Below, one piece after another: positions 16,443 to 26,628 of a stretch of 64,000 bases of DNA; position 1 is the stretch's first letter, and each line of letters starts with the position of its first letter. Made by a program: the position numbers and the translations under genes. Source of the DNA: Clostridia bacterium (lineage in GTDB: Bacteria; Bacillota; Clostridia; Christensenellales; CAG-917); the NCBI GenBank assembly GCA_045613765.1, contig JAZLBO010000022.1:15854-79853 (forward strand), read 5' to 3'. Below the pieces are notes generated by a model. The model ran no database searches. It saw only the letters and a program-made list of their open reading frames with translations, and had not been told where the DNA came from.

Positions 16443-16946
16443 TTAGATGAGTTTGACAATAACTCTTTGTGCTGCGTCACCACGGCGAAGGTCGAGTTTC
16501 AAGATACGTGTGTATCCGCCACCTTGGCCAAGTTCGTTTGCACGTGCATCGTATTTGGGTGCGTATTCTCTGAAAATCTTTTCAATGAGAGGGTGTTTGA
16601 CATCCTTAATACGTGCGATAAATGCTGCCTTGCTTTCTTTGTCTTCACGTTGTGCTTGAAGATCACGAAGTTCTGCCATAAGACGACGACGTGCTGCAAG
16701 TTTCTTGACACCGTCATTGGTGAATTCTTTTGCAACTTTGTTGCCTTTTGCGTCTGTGACTGTCTTTGTCACTTTGACGTCATCTTGATATGTGCGAATT
16801 GCAAGGGTGATATACTTTTCAGCAAGTGCTCTCACTTCTTTTGCTCTGTCCAAAGTGGTTTCGATTTGGCCGTACCAGAGAAGTTCAGAAACTTGGTTGC
16901 GAAGCATTGCCATTCTTTGATCTGTAGGTCTACCTAATTTACGCAT
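16443..16946 (-). CDS. rplQ: 50S ribosomal protein L17 (with ~45-aa internal insertion)
   Basis: 167 aa. MRKLGRPTDQRMAMLRN...GGGYTRILKLDLRRGDAAQ. The middle KVTKTVTDAKGNKVAKEF...REDKESKAAF segment is absent from the ~120-aa L17 of Bacillus. Confidence 0.95.
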   Translation of the reverse strand: MRKLGRPTDQRMAMLRNQVSELLWYGQIETTLDRAKEVRALAEKYITLAIRTYQDDVKVTKTVTDAKGNKVAKEFTNDGVKKLAARRRLMAELRDLQAQREDKESKAAFIARIKDVKHPLIEKIFREYAPKYDARANELGQGGGYTRILKLDLRRGDAAQRVIVKLI

Positions 16947-16956
16947 TGTGTTCCTC

Positions 16957-17907
16957 CTAGTCCTCTTGTGCCTTCAAGCTGAGACCAAGGTCTTCAAGCT
17001 TCTTTTGGACTTCTTCAAGAGATTTTCTGCCGAGATTTCTTACTTTGAGCATATCGTCTTCTGTACGATGTGTAAGATCACCGACTGTATGAATATTTGC
17101 ACGTTTCAAGCAGTTGTATGAACGGACTGAAAGGTCAAGATCTTCGATTGACATTTCGAGGGTCTTTTGGCTTTCGTCTTCGCCTTCTGACTTGATAAAC
17201 GTATTGTCACGCATTCCATCAACAAGGTCAATAAAGAGATTGAGATGTTCGTTCATGACTTTTGCTGCAAGTGAAGCGATTTCAGTTGCAGATGTTGTGC
17301 CGTCTGTTGTAACTTCAAGTGTGAGTTTGTCGTAGTCGATGCTTTGTTCGACACGAGTTGCTTCCACTGTGTAGTTGGCTTTGACAACGGGGGTGAAGAT
17401 GCTATCCACGGGAATATAACCAATAGGTTCATAGATGTCCTTGTTGCGATCTGCAGGGACGTAGCCTCTGCCGTATCCAACGTAGATGGTCATATCCAAC
17501 TTGCCACCTTCATCAAGGGTGCAGATTGTTTGTTCAGGGTTGAGGACTGAAATGCCTGTGGGCAAATCAATGTCCCCTGCCTTCACTGTGCCGACTTCGT
17601 CTGCATAGAGATGAACTTCGGTTTTTGTTGTGCTGGGCACGTCAACCTTGAAACGAACAGTCTTGATGTTGAGGATAATTTCGGTCACTTCTTCCTTGAC
17701 GCCTTTGATGGTTGAAAACTCGTGGTCCACTCCGTCGATCTTGATGCCAACTGCTGCGGCACCGGGGAGTGCAGAGAGGAGAATTCTTCTCAAGCAATTT
17801 CCGAGAGTTGTACCAAAACCTCTGTCCAAAGGTTCGACTACGAACTTTGCATAATTTCCGCTTTTGGTTTCCTCGAGATTTATCTTGGGTTTCTTGATTT
17901 CCATCAT
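16957..17907 (-). CDS. rpoA: DNA-directed RNA polymerase subunit alpha
   Basis: 316 aa. FVVEPLDRGFGTTLGNCLRRILLS... and a C-terminal domain with LDLSVRSYNCLKRANIHTVGDL. Confidence 0.97.
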   Translation of the reverse strand: MMEIKKPKINLEETKSGNYAKFVVEPLDRGFGTTLGNCLRRILLSALPGAAAVGIKIDGVDHEFSTIKGVKEEVTEIILNIKTVRFKVDVPSTTKTEVHLYADEVGTVKAGDIDLPTGISVLNPEQTICTLDEGGKLDMTIYVGYGRGYVPADRNKDIYEPIGYIPVDSIFTPVVKANYTVEATRVEQSIDYDKLTLEVTTDGTTSATEIASLAAKVMNEHLNLFIDLVDGMRDNTFIKSEGEDESQKTLEMSIEDLDLSVRSYNCLKRANIHTVGDLTHRTEDDMLKVRNLGRKSLEEVQKKLEDLGLSLKAQED

Positions 17908-17930
17908 AATATTTTAATCCTCCAAAGCGC

Positions 17931-18554
17931 TTATTTAGAATACAATTCGACGATGAGATGTTCCTTGATGTCTGCGTCAACGTCTGCTCTTTCAGGAAGT
18001 GCTACGACCTTGCCGTTGAGGTTTTCATTGTCCCATTCAAGCCACTTGACAAGGCTGAGGTTCTTGACTTCTTTTGCTGCTTGCCAGAGTGTCATATCTT
18101 TCTTGTTTTCTTTGACTGCGATAATATCGCCTGCTTTTACGAGATATGAAGGAATGTCCACTGTCTTGCCGTTGACTGTGATGTGGCCGTGGTTTACGAT
18201 TTGGCGTGACATTGCTCTTGATGAGCCGAGGCCAAGACGGTAAACAACGTTGTCGAGTCTGCGTTCGATAAGGACGAGCATGTTTTCACCTGTGATACCA
18301 CGCATTTCAGTTGCCTTTGTGTAGTACTTGAGGAATTGCTTTTCGCTTACGCCGTAGATTCTCTTTGCCTTTTGCTTTTCACGGAGTTGGACTGAATATC
18401 CTGATGCTTTCTTTCTGCTCTTGCCGTGTTGTCCGGGAGGTGCAAACTTTGTGAGAAGTGTACACTTGTCAGAATTACATTTTTCGCCTTTCAAATAAAG
18501 CTTGCAGCCTTCGCGTCTGCAAAGACGGCAGCTGGGTCCTGTATATTTAGCCAT
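17931..18554 (-). CDS. rpsD: 30S ribosomal protein S4 (Cys-containing form)
   Basis: 207 aa. [31 protein letters not shown]... Confidence 0.97.
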   Translation of the reverse strand: MAKYTGPSCRLCRREGCKLYLKGEKCNSDKCTLLTKFAPPGQHGKSRKKASGYSVQLREKQKAKRIYGVSEKQFLKYYTKATEMRGITGENMLVLIERRLDNVVYRLGLGSSRAMSRQIVNHGHITVNGKTVDIPSYLVKAGDIIAVKENKKDMTLWQAAKEVKNLSLVKWLEWDNENLNGKVVALPERADVDADIKEHLIVELYSK

Positions 18555-18568
18555 ATTATTACCTCCGA

Positions 18569-18964
18569 TTACAGTCTTCTACGCTTGGGAGGACGGCATC
18601 CATTGTGAGGGATGGGTGATACGTCTTGGATGAGTGTAACTTCCATGCCAACGTTTGCAAGAGCACGAATTGCTGATTCTCTGCCTTGGCCGGGTCCCTT
18701 GACGTAAACTTCCACGGTTCTCATACCTTGATCGTATGCCACCTTTGCTGCGTCTTCACTGACCATTTGTGCTGCGAAGGGTGTTGCTTTACGGCTGCCT
18801 CTGAGCTTAAGTTTGCCAGAAGATGACCATGAGATAGCATTACCATTCATGTCTGTGATGGTCACGATGGTGTTGTTAAAGGATGCGTGAATGTGTGCTT
18901 GGCCTTTTTCAACACGCTTTATGTCTTTTCTTTTCTTAATATTCTTTCTTGCTATACCTGCCAT
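18569..18964 (-). CDS. rpsK: 30S ribosomal protein S11
   Basis: 131 aa. [18 protein letters not shown]...[13 protein letters not shown]. Confidence 0.97.
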   Translation of the reverse strand: MAGIARKNIKKRKDIKRVEKGQAHIHASFNNTIVTITDMNGNAISWSSSGKLKLRGSRKATPFAAQMVSEDAAKVAYDQGMRTVEVYVKGPGQGRESAIRALANVGMEVTLIQDVSPIPHNGCRPPKRRRL

Positions 18965-18976
18965 AACACGCCTCCG

Positions 18977-19345
18977 TTATTTCTTCTTGCGACTGACAGT
19001 ACGCTTGGGACCTTTACGGGTTCTTGCGTTTTGTTTTGTGCTTTGGCCTCTGACGGGGAGTCCTTTTCTGTGACGGACGCCTCTGTAACAGCCAATTTCC
19101 ATGAGTCGCTTAATGTTGAGACCGACATCTCTCTTGAGGTCGCCTTCGACGCGAAGATACTTTTCAATATAATCACGGATAAGGCTGACATCACCTTCGG
19201 TGAGGTCCTTAACTCTTGTGTCGGGGTTGATGCCTGTTTCCTTCAGGATTTCTTTTGAAGTGGTAAGACCGATACCATAAATATAGGTAAGACCGATTTC
19301 CACTCTTTTGTCACGCGGCAAATCTACGCCTGCTATACGTGCCAT
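18977..19345 (-). CDS. rpsM: 30S ribosomal protein S13
   Basis: 122 aa. [26 protein letters not shown]... Confidence 0.97.
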   Translation of the reverse strand: MARIAGVDLPRDKRVEIGLTYIYGIGLTTSKEILKETGINPDTRVKDLTEGDVSLIRDYIEKYLRVEGDLKRDVGLNIKRLMEIGCYRGVRHRKGLPVRGQSTKQNARTRKGPKRTVSRKKK

Positions 19346-19445
19346 TTGTTACCTCCAATAAGTGTAAAAATATGTTTATGCTACACACGGGTAGTTGCAT
19401 AAAATTTGGAATGATGCAACCAGCCGCCCCGTGGGGATTGCTTTC

Positions 19446-19562
19446 TTAACCTTGACGTTGTTTGTGATTGGGATATTTAGGGCAGATAACCATAACTCTG
19501 CCGTTTCTTTTGATAACCTTGCATTTGTCGCACATAGGTTTAACACTGGGTCTGACTTTCAT
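19446..19562 (-). CDS. rpmJ: 50S ribosomal protein L36 (zinc-binding form)
   Basis: Not in the ORF track because it is under 60 aa. Manual translation gives [46 protein letters not shown]. Confidence 0.95.
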   Translation of the reverse strand: MKVRPSVKPMCDKCKVIKRNGRVMVICPKYPNHKQRQG

Positions 19563-19582
19563 GATAACCTCCAAATAATAGT

Positions 19583-19801
19583 CTATTTGTTTCTGTAAAT
19601 AATTCTACCTTTCGTAAGATCGTAAGGGGACATTTCGATACGAACCTTGTCGCCTTCAAGGATACGGATATTGTTGATGCGCAACTTTCCGCCGAGATAA
19701 GCAAGAATCACGTGATTGTTGAGAAGTTTCACCTTGAATTGTGTTTTGGGAAGAACTTCAATCACTATACCTTCAGTTTCGATTACATCTTCTTTGGACA
19801 T
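19583..19801 (-). CDS. infA: translation initiation factor IF-1
   Basis: 72 aa. [26 protein letters not shown]...[14 protein letters not shown]. Confidence 0.97.
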   Translation of the reverse strand: MSKEDVIETEGIVIEVLPKTQFKVKLLNNHVILAYLGGKLRINNIRILEGDKVRIEMSPYDLTKGRIIYRNK

Positions 19802-19810
19802 AGAACTCCT

Positions 19811-20080
19811 TTACTTTGCGTTTTTTTCGTTATAGACTCTGATTGCACTTTTCAATTCCGAATCAAAAACTTGCAATCCATTTTCTAACTTTTCTGCGAT
19901 TTTGTCAAGTGTTTCAGCACTTGTTTTAAGATGTTTTATTTTCTTTAGTTTCGCCGTCTTAATTCTGCGCAGGTCTCCGTCTGCAATTTTGACGTGATTT
20001 TCATCAACTATTTCAACCACTGCAAAATATTTTCCGGCATCTCGTCCTGCGACTGACAGCACAACTTGACCTAATTTCAT
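19811..20080 (-). CDS. KOW-domain RNA-binding protein (L14E/L6E/L27E-like)
   Basis: 89 aa. MKLGQVVLSVAGRDAGKYFAVVEIVDENHVKIADG. ATGA overlap with the map stop. The position between map and infA is typical of Clostridia. Confidence 0.8.
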   Translation of the reverse strand: MKLGQVVLSVAGRDAGKYFAVVEIVDENHVKIADGDLRRIKTAKLKKIKHLKTSAETLDKIAEKLENGLQVFDSELKSAIRVYNEKNAK

Positions 20081-20820
20081 AGCGTTAAAATCTCTATTCC
20101 GTTTTCGGTGAGTGCCACCGTATTTTCGTAGTGAGCCGACGGGCTTCTGTCAACCGTCACGCAAGTCCAACCATCTCTGAGAGTTTCCACTTGCCAGTCA
20201 CCAAGAGTGATCATTGGTTCTATTGCAAGCACCAATCCTTTTTCAAGTTTTGGACCATATCCTGCTCTGCCAAAGTTTGGCACTTGAGGATCTTCGTGCA
20301 TCTCTCTGCCGATACCGTGTCCCACCATTGCTCTTACAACTCCAAACCCGTTGCTTTCAGCGTGTTGCTGTATTGCTTGTGATATGTCACCGAGTCTGTT
20401 TCCGAGTTTAAACTGCTCAATTCCTTTGAAAAAACTCTCTTTTGTGACATTTACGAGTCTTTTCTTTTCGGGAGTGGTATCGCCGACGATAAACGTTCTT
20501 GCTGCGTCTGATTGCCACCCATTGAGAATTGCACCAACGTCAATTCCAATGATTTCGCCTTCTTCAAGTCGTCTTGATGAAGGTATTCCGTGGACCACTA
20601 CTTCGTCAATGCTCGCGCATATTGTTCCGGGAAAACCACCATATCCAAGGAAGGAAGGTTTTGCCCCTTTGCGCTTGATGTAGTCGTAAGCAAATTCGTC
20701 AAGTTTCTTTGTGGTAATGCCCGGACGGACTTTTTCTTCCATAAAAAGAAGCAAGTCCCTGATTATCTCGCCAGATTGTTTCATCTTTGCGATTTCGGTT
20801 GGGCTTTTCAATTTAATCAT
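20077..20820 (-). CDS. map: type I methionine aminopeptidase
   Basis: 247 aa. GYGGFPGTICASIDEVVVHGIP...DVGAILNGWQSDAARTF...HGIGREMHE. Confidence 0.95.
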   Translation of the reverse strand: MIKLKSPTEIAKMKQSGEIIRDLLLFMEEKVRPGITTKKLDEFAYDYIKRKGAKPSFLGYGGFPGTICASIDEVVVHGIPSSRRLEEGEIIGIDVGAILNGWQSDAARTFIVGDTTPEKKRLVNVTKESFFKGIEQFKLGNRLGDISQAIQQHAESNGFGVVRAMVGHGIGREMHEDPQVPNFGRAGYGPKLEKGLVLAIEPMITLGDWQVETLRDGWTCVTVDRSPSAHYENTVALTENGIEILTL

Positions 20821-20821
20821 T

Positions 20822-21445
20822 TCAAAGCACCTTCTTTACTAATTCAAATACTTCTTCAACTGTGTCGCTTGCGCTTACGTCAACACTGACCAGATTTCCT
20901 TTTTTGCCGTAATATTCAACAAGGGGTGCAGTTTGCTTTGTGTAAACTTCAAGTCTTGCACTGACTGTTTCGGGCTTGTCGTCATCTCGTACGTACATCA
21001 CTTCGCCACATTTGGGACATCTTTTGTCGCTGTCCACCCATTGTATGTGTGAAGTTGCTCCACAAGAACACACAAGTCTGCCACCAAGTCTTTCTATGAT
21101 TGCATCAAAAGGAACGTTGATGTCAAGGACCAAATCAATGGTTGCAACCTTGTCAAGGGCTTCTGCCTGTGCGATTGTGCGGGGGAAACCATCAAGGATA
21201 TAACCGTTTTTTGCGTCATCTTGACCAAGTCTATCTGCGACAATATCAATGACAACTGAATCAGGAACAAGCATACCTTGATCAATGAAGGTTTTTGCTT
21301 GAACACCAAGTTCAGTGCCTTCCTTTATGTGCTTACGAAGGATTGCCCCCGTAGAGATATGAGGAATATTATATTCACTTGCTATCAAGGCTGCTTGAGT
21401 GCCTTTGCCGGCACCGGGAGCACCAAGAAGAACTATGTTTTTCAT
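20822..21445 (-). CDS. adk: adenylate kinase (zinc-lid form)
   Basis: ORF track starts at TTG 21457. ATG 21445 follows GGAGGA. P-loop GAPGAGKGTQ. Lid CSCG...CPKCG. Confidence 0.95.
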   Translation of the reverse strand: MKNIVLLGAPGAGKGTQAALIASEYNIPHISTGAILRKHIKEGTELGVQAKTFIDQGMLVPDSVVIDIVADRLGQDDAKNGYILDGFPRTIAQAEALDKVATIDLVLDINVPFDAIIERLGGRLVCSCGATSHIQWVDSDKRCPKCGEVMYVRDDDKPETVSARLEVYTKQTAPLVEYYGKKGNLVSVDVSASDTVEEVFELVKKVL

Positions 21446-21522
21446 ATTATCCTCCAAAGGATTGCCACATAAGACTTTGACTGCCCTGCCCGACTGTTGT
21501 CGGGCATAGGCTGTCTTTTTTC

Positions 21523-22848
21523 TTATTTAAGGAAGCCCTTGTAGTGCTTCATCATGATTTGTGATTCCAATTGCTTGTTGAATTCAAGTGCTGTGGAAAC
21601 AACGATGAGAAGTCCTGTTGCTGAGAATGCACCACCAAATCCAAGAGGTCCGCTGACGAAGGGGTTACCTGTACCACCTGAGATAGCGTTGAAGATGAAT
21701 GTGGGGATGAGTGCGATAAGTGCAAGGAAGATTGCTCCGAACAATGTGATACGGTTTGAAATCTTTCTCAAGAAATCGCTTGTGGGCTTACCTGCTCTAA
21801 TACCGGGGATAAATCCACCGTATTGTTGGATGTTCTTTGACACGTCGTCGGGGTTGAATTGTATTTGTGCATAGAAGTATGCAAAGAACACAATCAAGAT
21901 TACCATAAAGAGATAATATACCCATGTGCCTGAACCCATATTTTGGCTGTACCATGCATATGCTTCACTTGTGGGGAAGAACAATGCCATGATCATTTGA
22001 GGGAAGGTGAGCAATGAACTTGCAAAGATCATGGGCATAACGCCACTGCCGTTGACACGGATGGGGATGTATGTGGTTTGGCCACCGTACATCTTGTTGC
22101 CCTTGATTTGCTTGCTGTATTGGACTGTGATTCTTCTTTCTGAAAGGTCAATGAAGACGATGAAGAAGAAGATGCCAACTACGATAAGGATAAATCCGAG
22201 GATATTCCAAATGTATGTCCATTCTTCGCCGACCATCTTGAATGCTTGAGCCATTGTTGTGCCTGCTGTTGAAAGAATACCAACAAAGATGATGAGTGAA
22301 GTACCGTTGCCGATTCCGTACTCTGTAATTCTTTCACTGAGCCACATACACATCATGCTACCTGCAACCAAAATGATGATGATGCCTGCCATTGTGAAGT
22401 AGGGGTATTCCCAGCCTGCTTCAAATGCGAACACACCAGTGATTGCTGTTTTCCAGCCGACCACGATACCAATGCCTTGGATCACTGCAAGACCAATTGC
22501 AAAGTATCTGGTGATTTGTGTAAGTTTGTTTCTGCCTTCTTCTCCTTCCTTGGACATTCTTTCAAATGCAGGAATGACCAAAGTGAGAAGTTGCATGATA
22601 ATAAATGCGTTGATGAAGGGGAGGATACCCAATGAGAACAATGTTGCGTTGGCAAGAGATCCACCGGTAATCATGGACAAAATACCGAGGAAGTCTGTAC
22701 CACCGAGCATTTGTTCAAGGGCGCCTGAATTAAGCCCTGGAATAGGAATATAACAACCTATTCTATAAACGAGGAGCATTGCAAGTGTGAGCCACATCTT
22801 GATGCGAATGTCCTTTGTTTTGAACGCATTGACTATTGTTTCAAACAT
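21523..22848 (-). CDS. secY: preprotein translocase subunit SecY
   Basis: 441 aa, 10-TM profile. RIGCYIPIPG...LGILPFINAFIIMQLL... Confidence 0.97.
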   Translation of the reverse strand: MFETIVNAFKTKDIRIKMWLTLAMLLVYRIGCYIPIPGLNSGALEQMLGGTDFLGILSMITGGSLANATLFSLGILPFINAFIIMQLLTLVIPAFERMSKEGEEGRNKLTQITRYFAIGLAVIQGIGIVVGWKTAITGVFAFEAGWEYPYFTMAGIIIILVAGSMMCMWLSERITEYGIGNGTSLIIFVGILSTAGTTMAQAFKMVGEEWTYIWNILGFILIVVGIFFFIVFIDLSERRITVQYSKQIKGNKMYGGQTTYIPIRVNGSGVMPMIFASSLLTFPQMIMALFFPTSEAYAWYSQNMGSGTWVYYLFMVILIVFFAYFYAQIQFNPDDVSKNIQQYGGFIPGIRAGKPTSDFLRKISNRITLFGAIFLALIALIPTFIFNAISGGTGNPFVSGPLGFGGAFSATGLLIVVSTALEFNKQLESQIMMKHYKGFLK

Positions 22849-23297
22849 TATTCAATTACCTCTGCTGTTCCGCCGAGTGCTTGAATTTTCTCAACTGCTG
22901 ATGCTGAGAACTTGTTTGCCTTGACGGTGAGTTTCTTTTCAAGAGTTCCGTTGCCGAGAACTTTGAGTCCATAAGCTTCAACTTTCTTTATGATGCCACA
23001 TGCAACGAGTTCGTCAATGCCCACTGTTGCGCCATCTTCAAAACGATTGAGGACGTCAACGTTGACACAGTTGTAAACGTGTGCAAATTGCTTGTTGTTG
23101 AATCCAAATTTAGGGATTCTTCTTGTCATAGGCATTTGGCCACCTTCGAAGTTGGGGCGAACACCGCCACCACTTCTTGCCCATTGACCTTTATGGCCAC
23201 GGGTTGAAGTTTTGCCCATGCCTGAGCCGATGCCACGGCCAACTCTCTTGACGGAGGATTTTGCGCCTTCTGCAGGTCTCAAATCTTGAATATTCAT
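22848..23297 (-). CDS. rplO: 50S ribosomal protein L15
   Basis: 149 aa. [26 protein letters not shown]. Confidence 0.97.
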   Translation of the reverse strand: MNIQDLRPAEGAKSSVKRVGRGIGSGMGKTSTRGHKGQWARSGGGVRPNFEGGQMPMTRRIPKFGFNNKQFAHVYNCVNVDVLNRFEDGATVGIDELVACGIIKKVEAYGLKVLGNGTLEKKLTVKANKFSASAVEKIQALGGTAEVIE

Positions 23298-23306
23298 ATT
23301 GCCTCC

Positions 23307-23519
23307 TTAGATTTCTTCAACCTTGACAAGGTGAGAAACTTTCTTGATCATGCCTCTTACGATAGGGGTATCGTCAAAAGTGTTTGATGCGCCGATCTTC
23401 TTAAGACCGAGTGCTTCAATGTTTGCCTTTTGGTTTTTAAGACATGCGATTGTTGACTTTACGAGTGTGACTTTGATTTTTTTGACTTCGGGAGTTTCAA
23501 CTTTCTTTCTTGCTGCCAT
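23307..23519 (-). CDS. rpmD: 50S ribosomal protein L30 (short N-terminal extension)
   Basis: 70 aa. ...IKVTLVKSTIACLKNQKANIEALGLKKIG...VRGMIKKVSHLVKVEE. Confidence 0.93.
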   Translation of the reverse strand: MAARKKVETPEVKKIKVTLVKSTIACLKNQKANIEALGLKKIGASNTFDDTPIVRGMIKKVSHLVKVEEI

Positions 23520-23531
23520 ATTAACCTCCTC

Positions 23532-24047
23532 TTAGCCTTCAACATCTACGCCACGAAGCTTTGCGATAAGCTCTGCATTGCGGAGTGAGCAAAGTCCTTC
23601 GAGTGTTGCTTTTGCACAGTTGATAGGATTGTTTGAACCAAGTGATTTTGTTCTAATATCCTTGACACCTGCTGCTTCAAGGACTGCACGGACTGCACCA
23701 CCAGCGATAACGCCAGTACCGGTTTCTGCGGGGAGAAGGAGAACTTGTCCACGTCCAAATTTACCAGTTGTTTGGTGAGGGATTGTGCCGTCTTTGAGTG
23801 CGATTGTTGCCATGCTACGCTTTGCAAGTTGTGTTGCCTTTTCGATTGCTTCAGGCACTTCTGCTGCCTTTCCCATTCCAAGACCAACTTTGCCTGCGCC
23901 GTCGCCCACTACTACGAGTGCGCTGAAACGCATATTGCGTCCGCCCTTGACAACCTTTGTGACACGGTTGACTGCGATGAGCTTGCTGTTGAGACCGTCG
24001 TCTTCTCTATTGTTCATTCTTTTTCTATTATCGCGTTGTTCTGCCAT
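23532..24047 (-). CDS. rpsE: 30S ribosomal protein S5
   Basis: ORF track extends to 24137 and would overlap rplR. ATG 24047 (MAEQRDN...) follows [30 protein letters not shown]. Confidence 0.95.
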   Translation of the reverse strand: MAEQRDNRKRMNNREDDGLNSKLIAVNRVTKVVKGGRNMRFSALVVVGDGAGKVGLGMGKAAEVPEAIEKATQLAKRSMATIALKDGTIPHQTTGKFGRGQVLLLPAETGTGVIAGGAVRAVLEAAGVKDIRTKSLGSNNPINCAKATLEGLCSLRNAELIAKLRGVDVEG

Positions 24048-24057
24048 TTTCTGCCTC

Positions 24058-24429
24058 CTAGAACACAAGACCGGCTTCTCTTGCGCCGTCTGCGAGTGCT
24101 TGAACTCTACCTGTGTAGAGATATCCGCCTCTGTCATAAACGACCTTTGTGATGCCGAGTTTCATTGCCTTTTCAGCGACTGCCTTGCCAACGACTTTTG
24201 CTGCTTCAACCTTTGTAAGTTCTGCAACTTCTGCTGCGATTGCCTTTTCTACTGTTGATGCTGCGCAAAGTGTGTTGCCAACTGAGTCATCGATGATTTG
24301 GGCGTAAATATGGTTTGTGCTACGATAAACTGAAAGACGGGGGCACTCTGCTGTGCCGGGTTTGATGTGACGTCTTACTCTTTCATGACGAATAATTCTA
24401 TCCGTATTTTTATCTTTCTTATTAATCAT
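24058..24429 (-). CDS. rplR: 50S ribosomal protein L18
   Basis: 123 aa. RHERVRRHI...[18 protein letters not shown]...[24 protein letters not shown]. Confidence 0.97.
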   Translation of the reverse strand: MINKKDKNTDRIIRHERVRRHIKPGTAECPRLSVYRSTNHIYAQIIDDSVGNTLCAASTVEKAIAAEVAELTKVEAAKVVGKAVAEKAMKLGITKVVYDRGGYLYTGRVQALADGAREAGLVF

Positions 24430-24439
24430 ATTTCACCTC

Positions 24440-24979
24440 TTATTTGCCAGCTGTTTTGCCTTCCTTACGCATGACGACTTCGTCTTTGTAATGGATGCCA
24501 TATCCGTGATAAGGTTCAACGGGTTTGACTGCCTTGATTGTTGCTGCCATTTGACCAACGAGTTGTCTGTCAATGCCCTTAACAACGATTTCAAGGGGTG
24601 CTGCCATTGCGAAGGTGATGCCTGCGGGGGCTGTAAGTTCAACGGGGTGTGAGAAACCGATGTTCATTGTGAGTTTTGTGTCTGTTGCTTGGACCTTGTA
24701 ACCAACGCCAGCAACGATAAGGTGCTTTTCAAAGCCCTTTGTGACACCAGTCACCATGTTGTTGATGAGTGCACGGTAAAGACCGTGAAGTGCACGATGT
24801 TCTTTGTCATCACTGTGACGTTCAACTGTGAGGACGTTGTTTTCAACCTTCACTGTGATTGAACTGTCGATCTTTTGTGAAAGTGTGCCGAGAGGGCCTT
24901 TCACTGTGATGATGCTGTTTTCGTTTTCAATAGTCACACCAGCGGGGACTGTAATGGGTGCTCTTCCGATACGAGACAT
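24440..24979 (-). CDS. rplF: 50S ribosomal protein L6
   Basis: 179 aa. MSRIGRAPITVPAGVTI...GVGYKV...EPYHGYGIHYKDEVV. Confidence 0.97.
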   Translation of the reverse strand: MSRIGRAPITVPAGVTIENENSIITVKGPLGTLSQKIDSSITVKVENNVLTVERHSDDKEHRALHGLYRALINNMVTGVTKGFEKHLIVAGVGYKVQATDTKLTMNIGFSHPVELTAPAGITFAMAAPLEIVVKGIDRQLVGQMAATIKAVKPVEPYHGYGIHYKDEVVMRKEGKTAGK

Positions 24980-24989
24980 ATTCTACCTC

Positions 24990-25385
24990 CTACCAAACGT
25001 AAGCAAGCACTTCGCCGCCCACTTTTTGTTCTCTGGCTTCTTTGTCTGTGAGGATACCCTTGTTTGTTGAAAGGATTGCGATACCCATTCCGTTCAAAAC
25101 TTTGGGGAGATTATCCACGCCTGCGTAAACACGAAGACCAGGTGTTGAAACTCTCTTGAGACCGGTCACAACTTTGAGGCCCTTAACGGGTGCGTACTTA
25201 AGTGTGATAAGGATGTCGTTTTGGACTTCCTTTTCAACGATTTCAAAGCTCTTAATATAACCTTCTCTTACGAGTATGTCTGCGATTGCCACCTTTGTTT
25301 TTGATGCAGGAACAATAACTGTTTCGTGCTTGGCGGTCAATGCGTTTCTGATTCTAGTAAGCATATCTGCAATAGGGTCTGTCAT
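24990..25385 (-). CDS. rpsH: 30S ribosomal protein S8
   Basis: 131 aa. [15 protein letters not shown]...[18 protein letters not shown]...GGEVLAYVW. Confidence 0.97.
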   Translation of the reverse strand: MTDPIADMLTRIRNALTAKHETVIVPASKTKVAIADILVREGYIKSFEIVEKEVQNDILITLKYAPVKGLKVVTGLKRVSTPGLRVYAGVDNLPKVLNGMGIAILSTNKGILTDKEAREQKVGGEVLAYVW

Positions 25386-25399
25386 TTATTGTTCCTCCT

Positions 25400-25585
25400 T
25401 TACCAGCTTGCCTTCTTGACTCCGGGGATTTGGCCTTTGTATGCCAAGTCACGGAAACAAACTCTGCAAATGCCGTATTTTCTAAGAACCGCGTGGGGAC
25501 GTCCACAAATCTTGCAACGTGTGTATTCTCTTGTTGAGAATTTTTGCGGTCTTGCTTGTCTTACTTTTTGTGAAGTTTTAGCCAT
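25400..25585 (-). CDS. rpsN: 30S ribosomal protein S14, type Z (zinc-binding, 61 aa)
   Basis: [61 protein letters not shown]. Confidence 0.97.
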   Translation of the reverse strand: MAKTSQKVRQARPQKFSTREYTRCKICGRPHAVLRKYGICRVCFRDLAYKGQIPGVKKASW

Positions 25586-25600
25586 AAAAACTGTTCCTCC

Positions 25601-26197
25601 TTACTTTGCAAAGGGCATGCCCATCAATCTCAAAAGTTCACGAGCTTCTTCGTCGGTCTTTGCTGTTGTTACGATACAGATATCGAAACCACGGACCTTT
25701 TCGATTTGGTCGTATGAAATTTCGGGGAAGATGAGTTGTTCTTTGACGCCGAGTGCATAGTTTCCTCTGCCATCAAATGACTTTGCGGAAACGCCACGGA
25801 AGTCACGCACTCTGGGGAGTGCGATGGACACGAACTTATCGAAGAAGTCATACATTCTTTCGTTACGAAGTGTGACTTTTGCTCCGACGTTCATTCCTTC
25901 TCTGACCTTGAAGTTTGCAACACTCTTTTTTGCCTTTGTGATAACAGGCTTTTGACCTGCGATTTGGTTGAGTTCTGCAACTGCGATTTGGAGTGATTTG
26001 CTGTTGTCTTTGCAATCACCAAGTCCCATGTTAAGGACGATCTTTTCAAGGCGAGGAACTTCGTTGATATTCTTGTAGCCAAAACGCTTTACGAGAGCAG
26101 GAACGACTTCTTCACGATACATCGTTCTCAATCTGTATCTGTCTGCACCATTATCGGTTGCAGGTGCGTTAGCAACCTGATTTTTCTTTTCTGCCAC
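25601..26197 (-). CDS. rplE: 50S ribosomal protein L5 (with ~19-aa N-terminal extension)
   Basis: 198 aa. GTG start 8 nt after GGAGGA. The extension [19 protein letters not shown] precedes the canonical [14 protein letters not shown]... Confidence 0.93.
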   Translation of the reverse strand: MAEKKNQVANAPATDNGADRYRLRTMYREEVVPALVKRFGYKNINEVPRLEKIVLNMGLGDCKDNSKSLQIAVAELNQIAGQKPVITKAKKSVANFKVREGMNVGAKVTLRNERMYDFFDKFVSIALPRVRDFRGVSAKSFDGRGNYALGVKEQLIFPEISYDQIEKVRGFDICIVTTAKTDEEARELLRLMGMPFAK

Positions 26198-26213
26198 AGT
26201 TTAATCCTCCGGG

Positions 26214-26618
26214 TTAGTCTTTGTTCTCGGCTTTCTTAGCCTTTGATTTTGCTGCCTTCTTTGCTGCCTTTTTGGCTGAAGACTTTTCTTCAAGAGATGC
26301 ACCACACTTTGCGCAGACACGGATTGTCTTCAATTCGCCATTTGCGTTTTCTTCTTTTGCGTGACGTGCTCTGACAACTTGGCCACATGATGCGCAGATG
26401 AGCATGACGTTTGATGCGTCGATTGCTGCTTCTTGCTTCAAGATGCCACCCTTGTCTTGTGCATTTCTGGGTTTCTTGCTCTTGGAAACGATGTTGATGC
26501 CTTCAACGTACACTCTGTTTTCTTCGGGGAGAACTTTGAGGACCTTGCCTGCATTGCCTTTATCTTTTCCTGCGATAACCATGACGTTATCACCTTTTTT
26601 GACGTTCATTTTTGCCAT
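26214..26618 (-). CDS. rplX: 50S ribosomal protein L24 (C4 zinc-ribbon variant with Lys/Ala-rich tail)
   Basis: 134 aa. KOW motif VKKGDNVMVIAGKDKG. CASCG...CAKCG replaces the two beta-turns of canonical L24. Tail AKKAAKKAAKSKAKKAENKD. Confidence 0.95.
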   Translation of the reverse strand: MAKMNVKKGDNVMVIAGKDKGNAGKVLKVLPEENRVYVEGINIVSKSKKPRNAQDKGGILKQEAAIDASNVMLICASCGQVVRARHAKEENANGELKTIRVCAKCGASLEEKSSAKKAAKKAAKSKAKKAENKD

Positions 26619-26628
26619 ATTATCCTCC

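Noticed and set aside
16365-16937. 190-aa plus-strand ORF
   Set aside because: Antisense to rplQ. Cys/Phe-rich nonsense translation.
21458-21522. Hairpin TGCCCGAC-aaca-GTCGGGCA between secY and adk, considered as an internal terminator
   Set aside because: It is not followed by a U-run on the coding (minus) strand and lies inside a tightly packed operon. It is more likely an mRNA stability or processing element, and the evidence is too weak to annotate.
24048-24137. Long form of rpsE (ORF track 23532..24137)
   Set aside because: The extra 30 codons overlap rplR and have no S5 similarity. ATG 24047 is preceded by AGGAGG and gives a canonical S5 N-terminus.
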